Shown: positions 40,646 to 50,512 of the stretch, piece after piece
Layout: each line of letters opens with the position of its first letter
How positions within the stretch are numbered: the first letter of the stretch is position 1
Assembly: GCA_037305845.1 (NCBI GenBank)
Contig: CP147778.1
Span: 96,001 to 160,000, forward strand
Source of the DNA: Candidatus Freyarchaeum deiterrae
GTDB taxonomy: Archaea > Asgardarchaeota > Jordiarchaeia > Jordiarchaeales > Jordiarchaeaceae
DNA length: 64,000 nucleotides
Direction: 5' to 3'
Program-made: the position numbers and the translations under genes
Notes under the pieces: model-generated
The model's input: only the letters and a program-made list of their open reading frames with translations
Told to the model about the DNA's origin: nothing
Database searches by the model: none

Positions 40646-42121
40646 TTATTTTACTCTGTATATTATGACTCCCTGGGAGAGGAGTGGAAGTTCGATTTCG
40701 TAGAGTGGACTTGTTTGAAGGTGTGCTAAAACTATTGGAGACACATAGTCTGATAGGCTTACACAGATTGCTCTAACATATCCACTTTGAGCCAAGGCAT
40801 CAACCGCAGATGGTAAGTCTGGTATCCAAAGGCACACTCTGTCTGTATACTGCCTGGCCATAGGGTAAGTGTTTGTGAGTATTACCTGCCAAGGAAGTGT
40901 GGTGTACTTCAAGTATTCGTAGGCGGGGATTGGTGCTGAAAGTTCGGCCATAGTGCGTACAGCGTAAACTCCTACTATGCCTGTGGAAAGGTTAAGGAGA
41001 ATCAAGAGAATTGCTAGTTTTTTCCTGCCCTTAAGAAAGCTTTTTCCATTTTTGAGTTGAAACTCGTTTGTTAGCATCATTGCTAGGCCTAATCCGGTGA
41101 GTATACTAACCGCTGGTAGCGAGGTTTGATTGTACCTTAGGAAGTCTACGAGGCGGGCGTCTGAATTAATTAGAGGGTAGACTACAAGGAACAATGCCAC
41201 CCAGAGGATTAGGGATATTGCCTGAGTTGTTTTCCACTCCTTTTTTATAGCTAAAAAGAAGTACGGGAAGAGGAAGAGGGATACAAAAAATGGAGCTGCT
41301 GCAAAAGCAATTGTCTCTAGGTCCCAGAGAATTGTCTGTGTAGCTGTTTGTGGAAGGATTTGGATAAGGGTTCTACTCCAGTACTGGTTTATAGTGGAGT
41401 ACACACTGAGTAGACCGAAATAACTTGTAGTAATCATTTGACTGTAAAGAAGCCAAGGTAATACAGTTAGAAAGGAGCAAAGCAAACCCAAGTAGAGCCA
41501 GGGTGACTTAATGGTTCTGATAGTTCCCTTTGACGCAATAATATAAGCGAGACCAACGAAGGCTATGAGAATCCCGGGGTATCTTGAGAGAAAGCTTAGG
41601 GCTAATGAAACTCCTGCTGGTATGTAGTACTTTGTGTTCTTCTGAGCCCTTACCAAACACAGTAAAAAGAGCGTTGAGAAGAGTATGAATGGAATCTCTG
41701 TAAGTAGTCCTAAGAGAAAAGAAAAGCCGAGACAACCGCTTGTTAGAGCTAGGGTGGCGTATTTTCCGACACTTTCACTGTAAAGCTCCTTTCCAAGCAG
41801 GTATACAACATACAGGGCGGGCAAAGTAATAAGATAAACAACATATTGTGCAACTATGATATTTGGTCCTGTTAAGAGATAGGCGAAGTATAATGTGAAG
41901 GTGAGGAGGGCAGGTCTTGAGAAATCGAGTAATTGCTGGATGCTGTAGATGTAATGAACGCCGAAGTAGTAAAAGTCACTTGCCAGATTGACGTATACAG
42001 CTTCATCCCAAGTTAGAGGCACGGGAACAGCTGCTAAAACGCCTCTAGCCACTGTGATTAGTATTATGACTTTTATCGTCCAGTCAAGTTCTCTAAGCCG
42101 CCCCAGCATTTTAACCACCAA
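40646..42121 (-). CDS. ArnT/PMT-like (GT-C fold) membrane glycosyltransferase
   Basis: WDEAVY motif after TM1, RP motif, multiple TM helices. Confidence 0.85.
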   Translation of the reverse strand: MVVKMLGRLRELDWTIKVIILITVARGVLAAVPVPLTWDEAVYVNLASDFYYFGVHYIYSIQQLLDFSRPALLTFTLYFAYLLTGPNIIVAQYVVYLITLPALYVVYLLGKELYSESVGKYATLALTSGCLGFSFLLGLLTEIPFILFSTLFLLCLVRAQKNTKYYIPAGVSLALSFLSRYPGILIAFVGLAYIIASKGTIRTIKSPWLYLGLLCSFLTVLPWLLYSQMITTSYFGLLSVYSTINQYWSRTLIQILPQTATQTILWDLETIAFAAAPFFVSLFLFPYFFLAIKKEWKTTQAISLILWVALFLVVYPLINSDARLVDFLRYNQTSLPAVSILTGLGLAMMLTNEFQLKNGKSFLKGRKKLAILLILLNLSTGIVGVYAVRTMAELSAPIPAYEYLKYTTLPWQVILTNTYPMARQYTDRVCLWIPDLPSAVDALAQSGYVRAICVSLSDYVSPIVLAHLQTSPLYEIELPLLSQGVIIYRVK

Positions 42122-42480
42122 AAACGATTCTTATTTGAGTTCAAGTTATATAAAAACTATTCTGTGTAATTGGGGGTGAAACTGGTTTTCCTGTGATTTT
42201 TAAGAGAAACTAAAACCATAAACAGTTAATTTTCTCCTCCTCCTGCATAAACCTTGCAATCAGCTAGGAATGAATTCTTAATTTCCAATCTGTACCTAGA
42301 AAAATAGAAAAAAATGAGCTAATTGTGGGTTGATTTTTCGGTTATAACGCATTCTTATTTCGAGTTATGAAACTGAGAAGCCAATATACTTTCTAATTGG
42401 TTATTCCACGAGTTAACGGTCCGATTTTTAAATAATTAACTTAAAAAAAAATAAAAGAGACTTGCCGACTCTTAGTTTTA

Positions 42481-43203
42481 TTGGAGGCTCTTCGATTGAG
42501 TGAAGAGAGAATAAGCTACGGAATTTACTCGCCGGGTGTTCTTGGTGTTTTTATTTTAGGGATAGTAGTGTGCTTTTTCCTCTACTTAATATTTAACAGT
42601 CTTGTTATAAAATACATTATCCCATTAATTATAATTGCATTAGCCATTATTATTGGATTAATATTTTATGAAAGCAGCAGCCCCCTAAGAGTTAAGCGCA
42701 GCGAAATACTTGTAGAGTTCGCCGAACCCAAGGACAATTCTCTCATGCTCGATGTGGGAACAGGCCGGGGATTGGTTGCGATAATACTCGCGAAGGCTTG
42801 TAAAAACTGCAAGGTAATCGGAATCGACACCTGGTCCCCCGTCGCTTTGTCTGGCGTCTCCGGAAACACTATGGAAAATGCGGAGAAAAACGCGGAAATC
42901 GAAAAAGTAAGCCGCAAAGTTAAATTCCAGCAGGCCGACGCTCAAAAACTACCCTTCCCCGACAACACCTTTGACCTAGTTGCCGCCCACGAGGTTCTAG
43001 ACACCATGGTCGTCGGAAGAGACAAAGCATTAAGGGAAATATACCGGGTTACAAAAAAGGGAGGAAAATTTGTTTTCTCAACAGCCTTATCAAAATATAT
43101 CTTAATCAGAAAATGTGCCAAATTAGGATTCAGGAAATTTCAATCCGAGTGGCTTGGCTTAAAAGAAGGACCCATAACCTACTATGTTCTATGCACAAAA
43201 TAA
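42481..43203 (+). CDS. Membrane-anchored class I SAM-dependent methyltransferase
   Basis: LDVGTGRG, DAQKLPFPDNTFD; two N-terminal TM helices. Confidence 0.88.
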   Translation: MEALRLSEERISYGIYSPGVLGVFILGIVVCFFLYLIFNSLVIKYIIPLIIIALAIIIGLIFYESSSPLRVKRSEILVEFAEPKDNSLMLDVGTGRGLVAIILAKACKNCKVIGIDTWSPVALSGVSGNTMENAEKNAEIEKVSRKVKFQQADAQKLPFPDNTFDLVAAHEVLDTMVVGRDKALREIYRVTKKGGKFVFSTALSKYILIRKCAKLGFRKFQSEWLGLKEGPITYYVLCTK

Positions 43204-43228
43204 AAGAAGTTTATTGAGGAAAAACAGT

Positions 43229-44458
43229 TTAAAAGTCTGTTGATGGGAAATTTATTCGTTCTAAGTACTCGCTAGCAAGTTCATGGTTGTGTTCATTGTG
43301 TTCAAGAATTTCTTTGCTTTTTAGAACTTGTCTCTCAATCCGATCCAAACCCAGGTGGAAGGTTTCGTCTACATTCCAGCCTTCGGCGGAGCTGAAATAG
43401 TTTCCCTTCAGAGTTCTCAGCTGAAGCCGGCAGTGGACAATTCTTTCTCCCCTGTGGGTTGCGCCGTGTGTTTTCAAGTAAACGAAAAGTGTGCCGAATT
43501 CTAGTATTTTTTCGAATCGGCTTCGGAATGCATCGAATTCTTTCATCATATAATCTCGTTGTGATTCGTCTATGTCCAATTCTTTGACTGCGAACTGTAT
43601 GGAAAGCGTCTGTTGTTTCATTTCCATTTGGGCTATTGGCTCCAGAAAATCTCTTTTCGTCACGATTCCTGCGAGGTTTGCTCCCCTGACAACTACTAAT
43701 GAGGAAATGTCTGAGTCATGCATTTTTTTCTCAGCTTCCTTCAGGCTAGTTTCAGGTGGAACCGTAATTAGGGGGCGTGACATTATATTCTTCACCGAAG
43801 CGGTCAGAGTCTCGACTTTCGCTCTCCCAACTGTTTCGCCAAACCTTTCGGGCTGCGTCGGTTTAAAGAAATGATCAATAACATCTCGAATACTCACCAT
43901 CCCTACAGGCTTTCCATGGCTAATTACGGGTGCGTGAGAGATGTTGTGCTCCTTGAAGATGTTCAGCAGCCCTCCTATCGACTCGTCTTCATTAACAACA
44001 ATGAGCTGTTTATTCATTATTCCTTCAATTTTATTTTCGCCCCACTCTGTCATCACTGCTCCATGAATAATATGTTCGTCCGTGACAACACCCACAAGCT
44101 TCCCTTCATTGAAAACTGGAAGCGCCACAAGATTATTCTCTATCATCAAAGTAGCCGCCTTACTGAGAGAATCCTCCTCTCTAACCTCGGGGGCTGAACG
44201 CATCAATTTCTCTACTTTAGTTTTAGATGGATCAATCTGCCTCGACCGGACTATCCATTTTCGCGCCAATAAACCTTCATATTTGCCTCTGTTATCCAAG
44301 ACAATTAATACTGGTACAGTTCCTTTTTTGAAGAGCTCGAGGCACTGGGAAAGTGTGTCCTCATTACTAACGCTGGCGAATTTCTTCGAAAAAACTTCTC
44401 CGACAGTAGTGCTTGAACTCATATCTTCACTCCTTCTTTCTTTTCCTAAAAAATCCAA
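43229..44458 (-). CDS. 4xCBS-domain protein with C-terminal HPF/RaiA-like domain (candidate ribosome hibernation factor)
   Basis: Two CBS pairs (LPV..LVGVVT, APV..VGMVS, LVV..AGIVT); C-terminus SAEGWNVDETFHLGLDRIERQV. Confidence 0.8.
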   Translation of the reverse strand: MDFLGKERRSEDMSSSTTVGEVFSKKFASVSNEDTLSQCLELFKKGTVPVLIVLDNRGKYEGLLARKWIVRSRQIDPSKTKVEKLMRSAPEVREEDSLSKAATLMIENNLVALPVFNEGKLVGVVTDEHIIHGAVMTEWGENKIEGIMNKQLIVVNEDESIGGLLNIFKEHNISHAPVISHGKPVGMVSIRDVIDHFFKPTQPERFGETVGRAKVETLTASVKNIMSRPLITVPPETSLKEAEKKMHDSDISSLVVVRGANLAGIVTKRDFLEPIAQMEMKQQTLSIQFAVKELDIDESQRDYMMKEFDAFRSRFEKILEFGTLFVYLKTHGATHRGERIVHCRLQLRTLKGNYFSSAEGWNVDETFHLGLDRIERQVLKSKEILEHNEHNHELASEYLERINFPSTDF

Positions 44459-44775
44459 TTAACACCAAAAATTAATGATGATGTTACCCTGCGTTTGGAT
44501 GTTTTCTTTCGATGCTTGATAAATTCCGTCAGTATGGGAAATTCTTTCTAACGTTTATATTGATGATATCATACTGATATATAAGAGTTAGGAAATAATC
44601 AAACAAATAGTCTTTCTGGAGTAAAAAGGAGGGAGCCCCTTTTAGTACTTACTTCTTTTCTGATCTGGTTGGAGGAAGGTAAGCTGAAAAGTTGAATACT
44701 TAAATATTTGTATAACAATTGTCACTAATAGATAATTATTTTAAAAAGGCCTTGTGCACTTGAATTTTTGGTGGT

Positions 44776-45909
44776 TTGATTTTTATGGTTAAAGAAGATG
44801 TTTATGAAAACATTCGGCTAATTATGAACAGAGGAACTGCTGTTAAACTGCCAAAACATAAAGCGGTTACCGAGATGCTTAAGAGTGTTTTCAGTAAAGA
44901 GGAAGGAACCCTCCTGAGTGTTTTTGAGAAAACTGGTCAGCCTCTAACCGCAGATAATATAGCGCAACTTTCTGGTGTTCCGAAGGAGAGAGTGGTTCAG
45001 GTTTTCGATGATATGGCTTACAAGGGAAAGCTGGTTAAGGCGGCTAATTTTTATGTCTTGCTGCCCTTCGTTCCAGGATTGTTTGAGGTTTACTTCACCC
45101 ACAATAGAGACAATCCCGAGAAAATGAAGAAAGCTGCCAAGGCGTACCGAGAATTATTCTATTCCGGTCACCCCTTCGAGCTAAGTGCAGGTGGCTATAC
45201 CCTTTACCGTGTTATACCTGCTGTGGAGCCCACCGAGAAAACAATCGAAATAAACAAATCACTGGAAGTACAGCGTCAGGTTTTACCATACGAGATTCTG
45301 AAGGAGTACCTTTCAAAAGCCGATCTGCTCGCCGTGGTTCCCTGCAGCTGTCGAACCGCAGCCAAATACGCGGGTCATCCCTGCGAACGGACCGATGAAA
45401 ATTTCTGCGTCACTACGGGATTCCTCGCAAAGAGCGTAATCGACGAAGGGGTGGGTCGTCAGGTCACCCTAGACGAGCTCATGGAGATTATGAAGAAAGC
45501 TGAGAAGGCGGGACTGGTGCACGAAACAATAAACATACAGGACACCTCGGTATTCATCTGCAACTGCTGTCCCTGTTGCTGCGGCTTCCTAAAATCGGTC
45601 AAGGAATTCCAAAACTACAACGCCATAACAAAGGCAAACTTCCTCCCCCGAACCAATAATGATCTATGCAGTAAGTGCGAAAAATGCGTAGAAATCTGCC
45701 CCATGGACGCTCGATACCACCACTGGCCCCACTCGGAAGACCTATCCGACAACATGATAATAACGAGAGAAGACCTATGCATAGGCTGCGGTGTCTGTGC
45801 TTCCAACTGCCCAAAGGAAGCTATCACCCTCGAAAAAGTCAGAGACATCGTACCAGTTAAAAACCAAGCCGAGATGGACCAAAAATTCAAGGAAGGAAGA
45901 GTCCACTAA
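44776..45909 (+). CDS. 4Fe-4S dicluster protein with N-terminal wHTH-like region and Cys-rich core
   Basis: CSCR, CNCCPCCC, CSKCEKCVEICP, CIGCGVCASNCP. Confidence 0.88.
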   Translation: MIFMVKEDVYENIRLIMNRGTAVKLPKHKAVTEMLKSVFSKEEGTLLSVFEKTGQPLTADNIAQLSGVPKERVVQVFDDMAYKGKLVKAANFYVLLPFVPGLFEVYFTHNRDNPEKMKKAAKAYRELFYSGHPFELSAGGYTLYRVIPAVEPTEKTIEINKSLEVQRQVLPYEILKEYLSKADLLAVVPCSCRTAAKYAGHPCERTDENFCVTTGFLAKSVIDEGVGRQVTLDELMEIMKKAEKAGLVHETINIQDTSVFICNCCPCCCGFLKSVKEFQNYNAITKANFLPRTNNDLCSKCEKCVEICPMDARYHHWPHSEDLSDNMIITREDLCIGCGVCASNCPKEAITLEKVRDIVPVKNQAEMDQKFKEGRVH

Positions 45910-45998
45910 TTTTAACTCTCTACTTTTTAAAACCAGAGAAAAACATTGAAAAATAAGGCAAAATGGAAAAATTGCTGGCACTTCCAAGAGAAACAGTT

Positions 45999-48900
45999 CT
46001 AGATTAAATCTTCCTGGCTTAGCTTCTTCTTGCAACTTGGACAGTATCCCTTAACTTTGACCCACTCTAACAGGTGGTCTCTATGACTCAAGACGCCACA
46101 GTTAGGACACTCAAGGAACTGTTCTTCTGAGGTTACATACTGGTTGCACACGGAACATCGCGCAGTGATACTACCACAGACTGGACAGTACTTGGCGTCC
46201 TCGGGAACCTCGTGACCGCATTTTACACACTTGGGTTTTTCTGAAGTGGGTGCCGTTCTACTAACTTTAGGCGTTATATTAGGCTTAGGAACCTCTGTCT
46301 CTCTTTTTATCGGAGTAGGAGCCCTCTCATACCTATTTGGAGCCTCTGTCTGAGAAACTTGTTCTTCTCTCCTTCTGCGAGGAGTGGGAGCCGCCCTATA
46401 CCTAGTTGGTGTTTGTGCTTCCACTTCTGAAACCTGTTCTTCTCTCCGTCCTCTTAGCCCCAGCGCCGCAACAGTGACTACCGCAACCCCAACCAAGCCC
46501 AGAACCAAATAAATCAGGGGATTTAAGCCGCTCGGCGTAAACAATGAAAATAGTAGAAAGGGAAGATATGATGAAAAGGGAATTCCTAGAGGCATTGTGG
46601 TTCCGATTATAGCGAAATTAGATAGATGATCCGTATACGCGGTTACTGTGTTGTTTACCGTGTCTACGGTGCTTGGCAGCTGAGTCCAGTTTCCTGAAGT
46701 TGTGTCCAAGTAACATATCGCAAGAGAGCTTTCATTAAGACCGAGTTCCAAGACTTTCGAATCAGGGTAGTGAATAGTTATGTTGAATCCTAGAATCGCA
46801 GAAACATTTTCGGATATACTTACACAACTTTCCAGTATGGCTGAACCTGAGGGAACATATCCCCCTACACCACCTATCTTTCTTGACATGCTCAGCGAGA
46901 CCGAGTCATTAAGGTTTAAGAAAAGTTCAACACCCAACTCGCTGTAAGCGTTCCAAGGTTGTTGGTTTCCACTAGTAAATTCGTGGGTGAAAATCGAAAA
47001 AGATTGACTCTCTTCGCTTCCCCAACCTCCGTGGGTTGGTTCTGGGTCACATAAATTTTTTACAAAGCACCAATCAACTGTTACACTTGTACCAGTACCT
47101 CTTGCTCCAAAATTTAAACCCATATTAGCTTGAGGTATATTGGTCGTCATCTGAGCTTTTAAATTGTCGTCTTCGTAGAATTCGACGTCGTTTTTCCAAA
47201 TTATCTTTAAAATATGGTAAGAGCTTAAATCTGATGTTCTGGGTATACTAGTTGCAGAGCCTAATCTAAGTGTTTGATAAGCACTCAAATCAAACTCGGC
47301 AACATCACAGGAATTTATGGGATTGCCTGTTGCACTTCTATCATCCGCAGCCATTTGATATGCATTTTGTCCCCCTGCTTGTCCAGAGGCTTTAGCTCTG
47401 AAATAAAAAGCTCTTGGACTGTTGAATTGGACTTTAGCACCGATGAGTTCAAAATTGATACCTCCGTTACCCATAATTGTTAATTCGGTTCCAGACTCGG
47501 AATATGAACCGCCTGAATACCAGTTATACCATTTGTTTGTGTCCAAACTATTGTCATCAAAATGATCAAAGAATGCAAATGTGCTAGTCCCATTACTGGT
47601 TGTTGATGCATCATTTTTTCCATAATAAACACAAATAGTAGCTTTGTTTGGCGCAACTGGGATGGAATCTATTTCAACCCAGAAGGTTGCGTTATCACCA
47701 TCGGTTTTATCTTGCAACCAATAGTTTAGGAGGCTGGTTCCATCAGAGTTTGTGAACCTTACGTCCCCGAAATCATATCGGCAGTGAGCGTTGCAGTAGA
47801 CGTTCTCAGCGTTATCGGTACCGCTGCTATAATGCACCACTATTCTCATCTGGTAATTGGTCTGCGCACCCGCAGTACTTCCTGCTATCATATGCTGTTT
47901 ACAGTAAGCCCATCCGGACAGCCAGGGGTGTGTATATTCTTCTGTTCCCCAGGTTCCGTGGGTTGGTTCTGGGCTGGCGTAGTTGCGTACTCTCGCCCAG
48001 TCGTATTTGCACTCCGATGGTCTGGCTGCTCTTAGGTCGATGTAGAATGAGAAATCCGAAACTGTCTTGCTGCTGGAAGTAGCTCTTTCGGAATAATCTG
48101 GATTAATATACTTAGCACTAAAAACATTTCCATTTTTAATAATTTGAAATATTTTGTACGTTGTTGGTTGCGTCGTAACGTAATAATCCTCACTATTCCA
48201 AGAAGAACCAGTCCACCATGAGTGTCTTATGCGATCTGTACCCAAAAAGAAGTTTGTATCCGAATAAGAGAATGATTGACCGATTGGAGCACTTGTTATA
48301 TCCAACAATGGTGTTTGAACATCAATTGAACCACCGTCATATATTCCTTCAGCACTTGTTTCTATTATGCAATTGCTTTGCGTTATTGAATTATTTGTTT
48401 GGATATTCACATAACCAGTTCCGCTTGTTATCTTCATGTCTAACTCGCTATTAGAAACAGAAATCGAACCATAGGGATCCGTCTGCTGAACCCATTTAGT
48501 TCCATTCACTGAGTTGCCTAGAAAGTCGTCGAAGAAAATAAATGTGTTATCACCGCTGCTTGTGGTGGTTGCGTCACTCTTACCGTAATACACGCAAATA
48601 TTCACTGTGGCTGGGCTGGCGGGTATGCTGTTTATTTGGACCCAGAAGGTTGCGTTATCACCATCGTACTCGCTCTCCATCCAGTAGTTCAAGAGACTGG
48701 TCCCATCCGAATTCGTGAACCTTACGTCCCCGAAATCATATCGGCAGTGAGCGTTACAATAAACGTTCTCAGCGTTATCAGTACCGCTGCCATAATGAAC
48801 TACTATTCTCATCTGGTAACTGGTCTGCGCACCCGCAGTACTTCCAATTATTGTGAGGTTTTTACGGCAATTCCATCCTGAAAGCCAGGTATCTTTGGCA

Positions 48901-49109
48901 TTAATATTATTGTTATTTGAGGGATTATTTAGAAGGAGAGTTTGAAGGTAATTATTTGTATTAGTAGAAGGCGGGGAGGAGAGGAATACGGATGTATACA
49001 TTGATACGAGGAAGAGTGAAACTGCGATGAGCGTGATTAGTTTTCGTTTATTTTTAAATAAGCGGTTTTCGAGTCTCAAGTTCCACCCAGCCACCTTTCT
49101 TTCATCCAA
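45999..49109 (-). CDS. Receptor-like membrane protein: signal/TM, 2x DUF2341, extracellular domain, TM, Pro/Arg-rich linker, zinc ribbon, RING-like finger
   Basis: Two W..GW..R/K...DFGDVRFT...FWV.I...YYG...F.FFD.F units; C-terminal CVKC..CPVC and CSVC-x12-CPNC-x4-HRDHLLEW-x6-CPSC. Confidence 0.85.
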   Translation of the reverse strand: MDERKVAGWNLRLENRLFKNKRKLITLIAVSLFLVSMYTSVFLSSPPSTNTNNYLQTLLLNNPSNNNNINAKDTWLSGWNCRKNLTIIGSTAGAQTSYQMRIVVHYGSGTDNAENVYCNAHCRYDFGDVRFTNSDGTSLLNYWMESEYDGDNATFWVQINSIPASPATVNICVYYGKSDATTTSSGDNTFIFFDDFLGNSVNGTKWVQQTDPYGSISVSNSELDMKITSGTGYVNIQTNNSITQSNCIIETSAEGIYDGGSIDVQTPLLDITSAPIGQSFSYSDTNFFLGTDRIRHSWWTGSSWNSEDYYVTTQPTTYKIFQIIKNGNVFSAKYINPDYSERATSSSKTVSDFSFYIDLRAARPSECKYDWARVRNYASPEPTHGTWGTEEYTHPWLSGWAYCKQHMIAGSTAGAQTNYQMRIVVHYSSGTDNAENVYCNAHCRYDFGDVRFTNSDGTSLLNYWLQDKTDGDNATFWVEIDSIPVAPNKATICVYYGKNDASTTSNGTSTFAFFDHFDDNSLDTNKWYNWYSGGSYSESGTELTIMGNGGINFELIGAKVQFNSPRAFYFRAKASGQAGGQNAYQMAADDRSATGNPINSCDVAEFDLSAYQTLRLGSATSIPRTSDLSSYHILKIIWKNDVEFYEDDNLKAQMTTNIPQANMGLNFGARGTGTSVTVDWCFVKNLCDPEPTHGGWGSEESQSFSIFTHEFTSGNQQPWNAYSELGVELFLNLNDSVSLSMSRKIGGVGGYVPSGSAILESCVSISENVSAILGFNITIHYPDSKVLELGLNESSLAICYLDTTSGNWTQLPSTVDTVNNTVTAYTDHLSNFAIIGTTMPLGIPFSSYLPFLLFSLFTPSGLNPLIYLVLGLVGVAVVTVAALGLRGRREEQVSEVEAQTPTRYRAAPTPRRRREEQVSQTEAPNRYERAPTPIKRETEVPKPNITPKVSRTAPTSEKPKCVKCGHEVPEDAKYCPVCGSITARCSVCNQYVTSEEQFLECPNCGVLSHRDHLLEWVKVKGYCPSCKKKLSQEDLI

Positions 49110-49559
49110 AAAGAATATTCTGTAATACGTTTATAAACTTGCTTATTGCGACAAAAGCTTAATGTCGGAATTGTTCAGAGGAATACCAAGAATTCTTGGC
49201 AGGGCGTCTAATCAAGTTGCGGTGAGTTCGGTATTAGAATGTGTTTGGAATTAGTATTTTTAATGAAAGGAACCAAATATTAAAAGATGTTTATATTTTA
49301 GAAGCATAAACTTTTTAAGTGATTACTTTGTTTTTATCAACAAATATTAAAATGAGGTTGAAGACCTTCCGATGTTTGGTTTAGCAGTTAGGCAGAATCG
49401 TTTCAAATTTGCTTTGTACGTGTCTAAAAATAGGAGAAAGGCAGCAAACTCTTTTTCCATTGATATTGAAAGCAGTAAAGGAAATCAGTCTGAAAGGATA
49501 TGATTTCGAAAATACTCTATGAGAGTTGAACGATTTTTAGAAAATTCTAATACCAATGA

Positions 49560-50510
49560 GTGAGATTTAGGGTGAGAAAAATGAAAAAAACTTGTTCGGA
49601 AGCAACGCTAACCAACAATTCGGCGCAAACGCATGCAGACAGCAGCGACAGCACATCCTCATCCGATTCCAGTGAATCGGGCAATAAACACAATGCGTAT
49701 AACGTGTTAAATGAGCTTTTAAAAGAGGAAGAAATTACTCTTTACAATTTGCCCGAGTACTATGACATAGCTCTCTCTCGAGATGTTTCTGGAGAAATAA
49801 AATTCTATATCGATTGTTTTAGGAAGTACTGCAGCTTCGATGTGAAAACAGTTTTAGAGCCGGCCTGTGGTAGCGGTGTCTTTCTGGTTAATTTTCCGAA
49901 ATACGGATGTAATATCACTGGATACGATATTAGTCCAAAGATGGTGGAATACGCAGAAGAGAGGATAGAAAAGGCAAGGTGTTCTGACAGAGCAAAGGTC
50001 TTACTAGGCGACATGGTAACCATGAAATTTAATCCAAAATTTGACGCGGCAATAACTCCACTTAGCAGCCTCGGTTATCTGCGTTCAGATGAAGAGATAA
50101 TAAGTCATCTAAGAGCCATGTCTGAATCTCTCCGGAAAGGCGGACTTTACATCGTAGAACTCTCATGCGCCTGCGACGACATAAACAACGAGAAGACACC
50201 GGACGAAACGTGGTTTGCGGAAAGGGATGGAATTAAAATAGAAGCTACATGGCGTCCTTATTACTACGACAAAGAAAACAAGGTAAGACACATTGAATTT
50301 AGAATGAAAGGTCAAGACAACGGTAGAGTATTCGAATTCCAAGAAGAACATAAACTGAGGCTCTGGTTCTACGAAGATTTCAAGAAATTAACTCAAGAAG
50401 CAGGATTTAGAATCGAGGTAATTTACAATCAGGAATATCAATTAGTTTCCAAAGATTGCCGCATTACTGGAGAAACGGGTGCCCTTTACTATGTTCTGGT
50501 GAATGAGTAG
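49560..50510 (+). CDS. Class I SAM-dependent methyltransferase with Ser-rich N-terminal extension
   Basis: YYD, VLEPACGSG, GYDISPKM, GDM, LRKGGLYI. Confidence 0.88.
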   Translation: MRFRVRKMKKTCSEATLTNNSAQTHADSSDSTSSSDSSESGNKHNAYNVLNELLKEEEITLYNLPEYYDIALSRDVSGEIKFYIDCFRKYCSFDVKTVLEPACGSGVFLVNFPKYGCNITGYDISPKMVEYAEERIEKARCSDRAKVLLGDMVTMKFNPKFDAAITPLSSLGYLRSDEEIISHLRAMSESLRKGGLYIVELSCACDDINNEKTPDETWFAERDGIKIEATWRPYYYDKENKVRHIEFRMKGQDNGRVFEFQEEHKLRLWFYEDFKKLTQEAGFRIEVIYNQEYQLVSKDCRITGETGALYYVLVNE

Positions 50511-50512
50511 AA

